Positions 60,916 through 64,000 of a stretch of DNA of 64,000 nt are shown one piece after another. Under the pieces are notes generated by a model, which saw only the letters and a list, made by a program, of their open reading frames with translations, had not been told where the DNA came from and did not search any database. Position 1 is the first letter of the stretch; each line of letters starts with the position of its first letter. Made by a program: the position numbers and the translations under genes. The stretch lies in NCBI GenBank assembly GCA_965237555.1, contig OZ250147.1, positions 1,540,331 to 1,604,330 of the forward strand. Reading direction: 5' to 3'. Origin of the DNA: Amylibacter sp. (GTDB lineage: Bacteria; Pseudomonadota; Alphaproteobacteria; Rhodobacterales; Rhodobacteraceae).

Positions 60916-62126
60916 ATGAAAAAGATACTTTTAAGGCTGTGGCATGGACGGAATAGCAGTCCAGCTGATCCCAACTATGATGTCAGCAACAGGAACTGGA
61001 TTGGGTTTCTAAATATCGCATTTGTAGGGTCTATGTGCCTTCTCGTACTTTCAGGAACCAAATTTGAGATTGGAGCAGGGCTCGCGCAAGGGCTTTATGC
61101 AGCTCTTATTGCACTGTCAGCTATTTTTTGCGGCGGTTTTTTGGGTTTCCTTTTTGGTATTCCGCGCGCGCACAGCGGTGGCGGGTTGCCAACCGGTGAC
61201 GCGACCGACGGCACCGCAAACAAAAAAAGGAGGGCCTATGAAGAGAACACCAATCTAGAACAAATATCGGACTGGCTAACCAAAATCATTGTTGGAGTAA
61301 CGCTGGTTCAGTTTGAGCCAATATTTGGCAAACTGGATACGTTTGCAGGAAACGTATCTCCCGCTTTGGTGCCGAACCTACCCACAGCAATCTCAGGCAA
61401 AGTGGCGTTGGCGGTTTTGATTTTTTTGCCATTCTGGGGTTTATGTATGCGTATATGTGGACTCGAATATATATGGTTCAAGAGCTGACCCGTATGCAGA
61501 ACGCTATAGACGATCTAACTGCGGTGGTCAGTAAAGCCACTGATCAGGCGCAAAAACAACAGGCACGAGTTGATGCCAAGGCCATCGCGCTTGTTGAGGA
61601 GTACCTGGATGCGCCAAATGGAGAATCCCAGATGGATGTGAATAACTTGAAAAAAGCGATTAGCAAAGCATCTGCTGGCGTTCGAACAACCACATTTTTT
61701 AAGGCAAGAAATCACCGCAAAGCACTATGGAAAAATCCAGCAGAAAACGAAAAAATGGCGAGAGCTCAGCACATTTTCGAAGCGATTATCAATGCGGAAT
61801 CTGGAGAATTCCACCGCAATTACGCTCAGTTAGGGTTCACATTGAAAGAAAAAAGGCCGGCAGAATGGAAGGCTGCGATAATTGCGCTTAAAAAGGCAAT
61901 CACGCTGAGAGACGAAAACTCAGTGCCATACTACGGAATATATGAAATGAATCTCGCAGATTGTCTGATTGCAGAGGCTAAAGCGAGTGCTACTGGTGGA
62001 CCGATGAGCGCTGACCAAGTGGATGAGTTGAGGCGGCTGATAGAGATCGGAACAATAAGCGCGAAGCTGTCGAAGTACAAACGAGTTGAGGAATGGTTGG
62101 CCGCAAACCCAGTCCAGGGGTCCTGA
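60916..62126 (+). pseudogene. Multi-TM plus TPR-like protein split by a one-base frameshift at T7 (61421-61427)
   Basis: ORF 60916-61488 (TMs, NTNLEQISDWLTKIIVG) and ORF 61443-62126 join in frame if T7 is T8, giving ...VLIFFAILGFMYAYMWTRIY..., a complete final TM helix. Confidence 0.8.
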
Positions 62127-62127
62127 G

Positions 62128-62583
62128 TCAATTTGAGTTGCAAGCACCAGCATAAGCCTGTTCAAAGACACCAACCCAGCCGGAGTTATAGCCGTCCCGC
62201 ATCTTGTTGGCGTCGTCGCCAAATGCTTCCCAGCCGTGGTGTTTCAGGGTTATTTTGGTGCCTGAAGCCGAGGCCTGGAAATCAACTTCCACTGTGGTCG
62301 CCTGTTCGGCAGGCATGCCGATGTGCCAGGCAAGCACGAGTTTGTCAGGCGGGTTAAAGGTGCTGACTGAACCCCACACAACGGATGTGCCAGTGTGATC
62401 TATCTCGGTAATTGCACCGCCTTCGATCTGCTCCATCTGCACCGATTTCGCGACTTTTCCGGCCATTGCTGAAACAGAGTTTTTGTCCTTGGGCCACCAC
62501 AGGTTCATATCCTGAGTGAATACCCGAAAAGCACGATCCGGAGGGCAGGGAACGGTGATGGTCTTGATGACAGGGGGCGGCAT
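62128..62583 (-). CDS. SRPBCC/AHSA1-like domain protein
   Basis: AFRVFT...WWP, WGSVSTFNPPDKLVLAW, TTVEVDF, TKITLKHHGW and GW motifs. Confidence 0.9.
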   Translation of the reverse strand: MPPPVIKTITVPCPPDRAFRVFTQDMNLWWPKDKNSVSAMAGKVAKSVQMEQIEGGAITEIDHTGTSVVWGSVSTFNPPDKLVLAWHIGMPAEQATTVEVDFQASASGTKITLKHHGWEAFGDDANKMRDGYNSGWVGVFEQAYAGACNSN

Positions 62584-62895
62584 TTAGTCTTCCTTTTCGG
62601 ATTTTGTGATGTGGTCGGCAAATGCAGTGAGTGTGTCGTTCCAGAAACTGTCGATGTAGTCCCGCAGAGAGACCAGACCTTTGCGGTCAACAGCGTATAT
62701 CCGGCGGGTGCCCAAAGCAGTTGCTTTCACCAGGCCGGCGGTTTGCAGTACTTTGAGGTGTTGGGAAACGGCTGGCCGGCTGACGGGTTGCGTGTTGGCC
62801 AGTTGGACCACGGACATAGGTTTTGCCGATAGCGCTTCGAATATGATGCGACGACGGGGGTCGGCCAGGGCAGCGAGGGTGATTTCGTAAGTCAT
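62584..62895 (-). CDS. ArsR/SmtB family transcriptional regulator
   Basis: LAALADPRRRIIFEAL, SRPAVSQHLKVL, GTRRIY and YIDSFW motifs. Confidence 0.93.
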   Translation of the reverse strand: MTYEITLAALADPRRRIIFEALSAKPMSVVQLANTQPVSRPAVSQHLKVLQTAGLVKATALGTRRIYAVDRKGLVSLRDYIDSFWNDTLTAFADHITKSEKED

Positions 62896-62929
62896 GACTA
62901 ACGGTAAGTCATTACTTACAGAGTTTCAA
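62887..62929 (-). promoter_or_regulatory. Tandem 16-bp palindromic operators and sigma70-like promoter of arsR-SRPBCC
   Basis: GTAAGTCATGACTAAC (62887-62902) and GTAAGTCATTACTTAC (62904-62919); minus strand TTGAAA-N17-TACCGT-N5-ATG. Confidence 0.75.
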
Positions 62930-63057
62930 CACATATCCCAAAAACATTTCGTTGCACTTGGTCAGGTTTACAATCAATTGGCATCTTGAAGCTACTATGT
63001 GACCGAACTACACTTATCAAAAGCAACCCGTGTGCAAATTCAAAACAGGCAGAGTTA

Positions 63058-63687
63058 ATGATAAACCTCGCAACCCCGGCAACCAATTTTGTTATTCCAA
63101 GTGTAGATGAATTTACTGCGCGCGGACATATTCGCTACGACATATTTTCCCGGCTTCTAAAAGAGCGTATTATTTTCGTTTCTGGGCCGGTGCATGATGA
63201 TATGGCGACAGTCATCGTTGCCCAACTTTTGTTCTTGGAAGCGGAAAACCCGAAAAAAGACATCGCCATGTACATCAATACGCCTGGAGGCGTGGTGACA
63301 GCAGGTTTGTCGATCTATGACACTATGCAATATATCCGGCCGAAAGTTTCGACGCTTTGCATTGGACAGGCGGCATCGATGGGGTCGCTGCTGATGGCTG
63401 CCGGTGAAAAAGGCATGCGATTTTCGCTGCCAAACAGCCGCATCATGGTGCATCAGCCCTCCGGCGGTTTTCAGGGGCAGGCGTCTGACATTGCGCTGCA
63501 CGCCAAAGAAATTCTGGAATTGAAAGACCGTCTGAACAAGATTTACGTTGATCACTGCGATCAGAAACTTGATATCGTGGAAAAGGCTCTGGACAGGGAC
63601 AATTTCATGACCGCCGAGGAAGCGGTGGAATGGGGTTTGATCGACGAAATCGTGCAAAAACGCACCGTCGAAGCCGAAGAATCCTGA
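63058..63687 (+). CDS. clpP: ATP-dependent Clp protease proteolytic subunit
   Basis: [21 protein letters not shown] (Ser), MVHQPSGG (His) and DRDNFM (Asp). Confidence 0.97.
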   Translation: MINLATPATNFVIPSVDEFTARGHIRYDIFSRLLKERIIFVSGPVHDDMATVIVAQLLFLEAENPKKDIAMYINTPGGVVTAGLSIYDTMQYIRPKVSTLCIGQAASMGSLLMAAGEKGMRFSLPNSRIMVHQPSGGFQGQASDIALHAKEILELKDRLNKIYVDHCDQKLDIVEKALDRDNFMTAEEAVEWGLIDEIVQKRTVEAEES

Positions 63688-63873
63688 ACAAAGTCAAAGT
63701 TTTCTTCACAGATTTGTGGCATTTCGGACAACCGGACTGCCGCATTATTTTGTGAATAACAATGTCATTGTGCCTGTTTTGAATCTGCCATATTGTTTTG
63801 GTGCAGGCCAAATCGGGGTGGATATTTATAGACATCTGGCAAGCAAAAGTAAAAAGAATGAGCGGAGTGAGTG

Positions 63874-64000
63874 ATGGCAAATTCAGGAAACGGTGAAAGC
63901 AAAAACACGCTTTATTGCTCGTTCTGCGGCAAGTCTCAGCATGAAGTACGCAAACTGATTGCGGGCCCGACCGTGTTTATTTGCGATGAATGCGTTGAAT
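63874..64000 (+). CDS. clpX: ClpX ATPase (3'-truncated by window edge)
   Basis: Hand translation [42 protein letters not shown] (ClpX zinc finger). Confidence 0.95.
   Translation, partial: MANSGNGESKNTLYCSFCGKSQHEVRKLIAGPTVFICDECVE

Noticed and set aside
62985-63014. Possible RpoH promoter for clpP (CTTGAA-N17-CTACACT)
   Set aside because: The -10 match is weak; not supportable without TSS data.

Overview
A mostly core chromosomal segment of an alphaproteobacterium whose gene content and order fit Rhodobacteraceae (Roseobacter-type). Core blocks are uvrA (5'-truncated), rplM-rpsI, murI-argC, ccmE/ccmF/ccmH with a GH108 endolysin-holin pair inside (GTA-type lysis module), gltA-gltX/comEC, trpG-trpD-trpC-moaC-moeA-lexA, ppiD-trpE, xerD, aroK-aroB, zwf-pgl-pgi and tig/clpP/clpX (3'-truncated). 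Three accessory patches interrupt them. (1) 26.4-29.2 kb: an LprI-like secreted protein, an unknown membrane protein, and a hydrolase-cyclase fusion with non-canonical specificity residues. (2) 49.7-58.8 kb: an orphan Lys/Ala-rich helical protein, a DUF2235 hydrolase, a tRNA-Gly(CCC) 3' fragment, degenerate DNA, and a Gph + PhnDCEE-like + HAD-IIA cluster with no C-P lyase. (3) 60.9-62.9 kb: a membrane/TPR-like gene split at a T7 run, plus an ArsR-SRPBCC pair with a double operator. The strongest non-coding signal is a ~117-119 bp two-hairpin intergenic element present three times (19630, 26358, 58699). Its ends, arm lengths and loop are conserved while the arm sequences co-vary, and one copy supplies the lexA stop codon. 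All assignments come from visual motif recognition and hand alignment; no searches were run.
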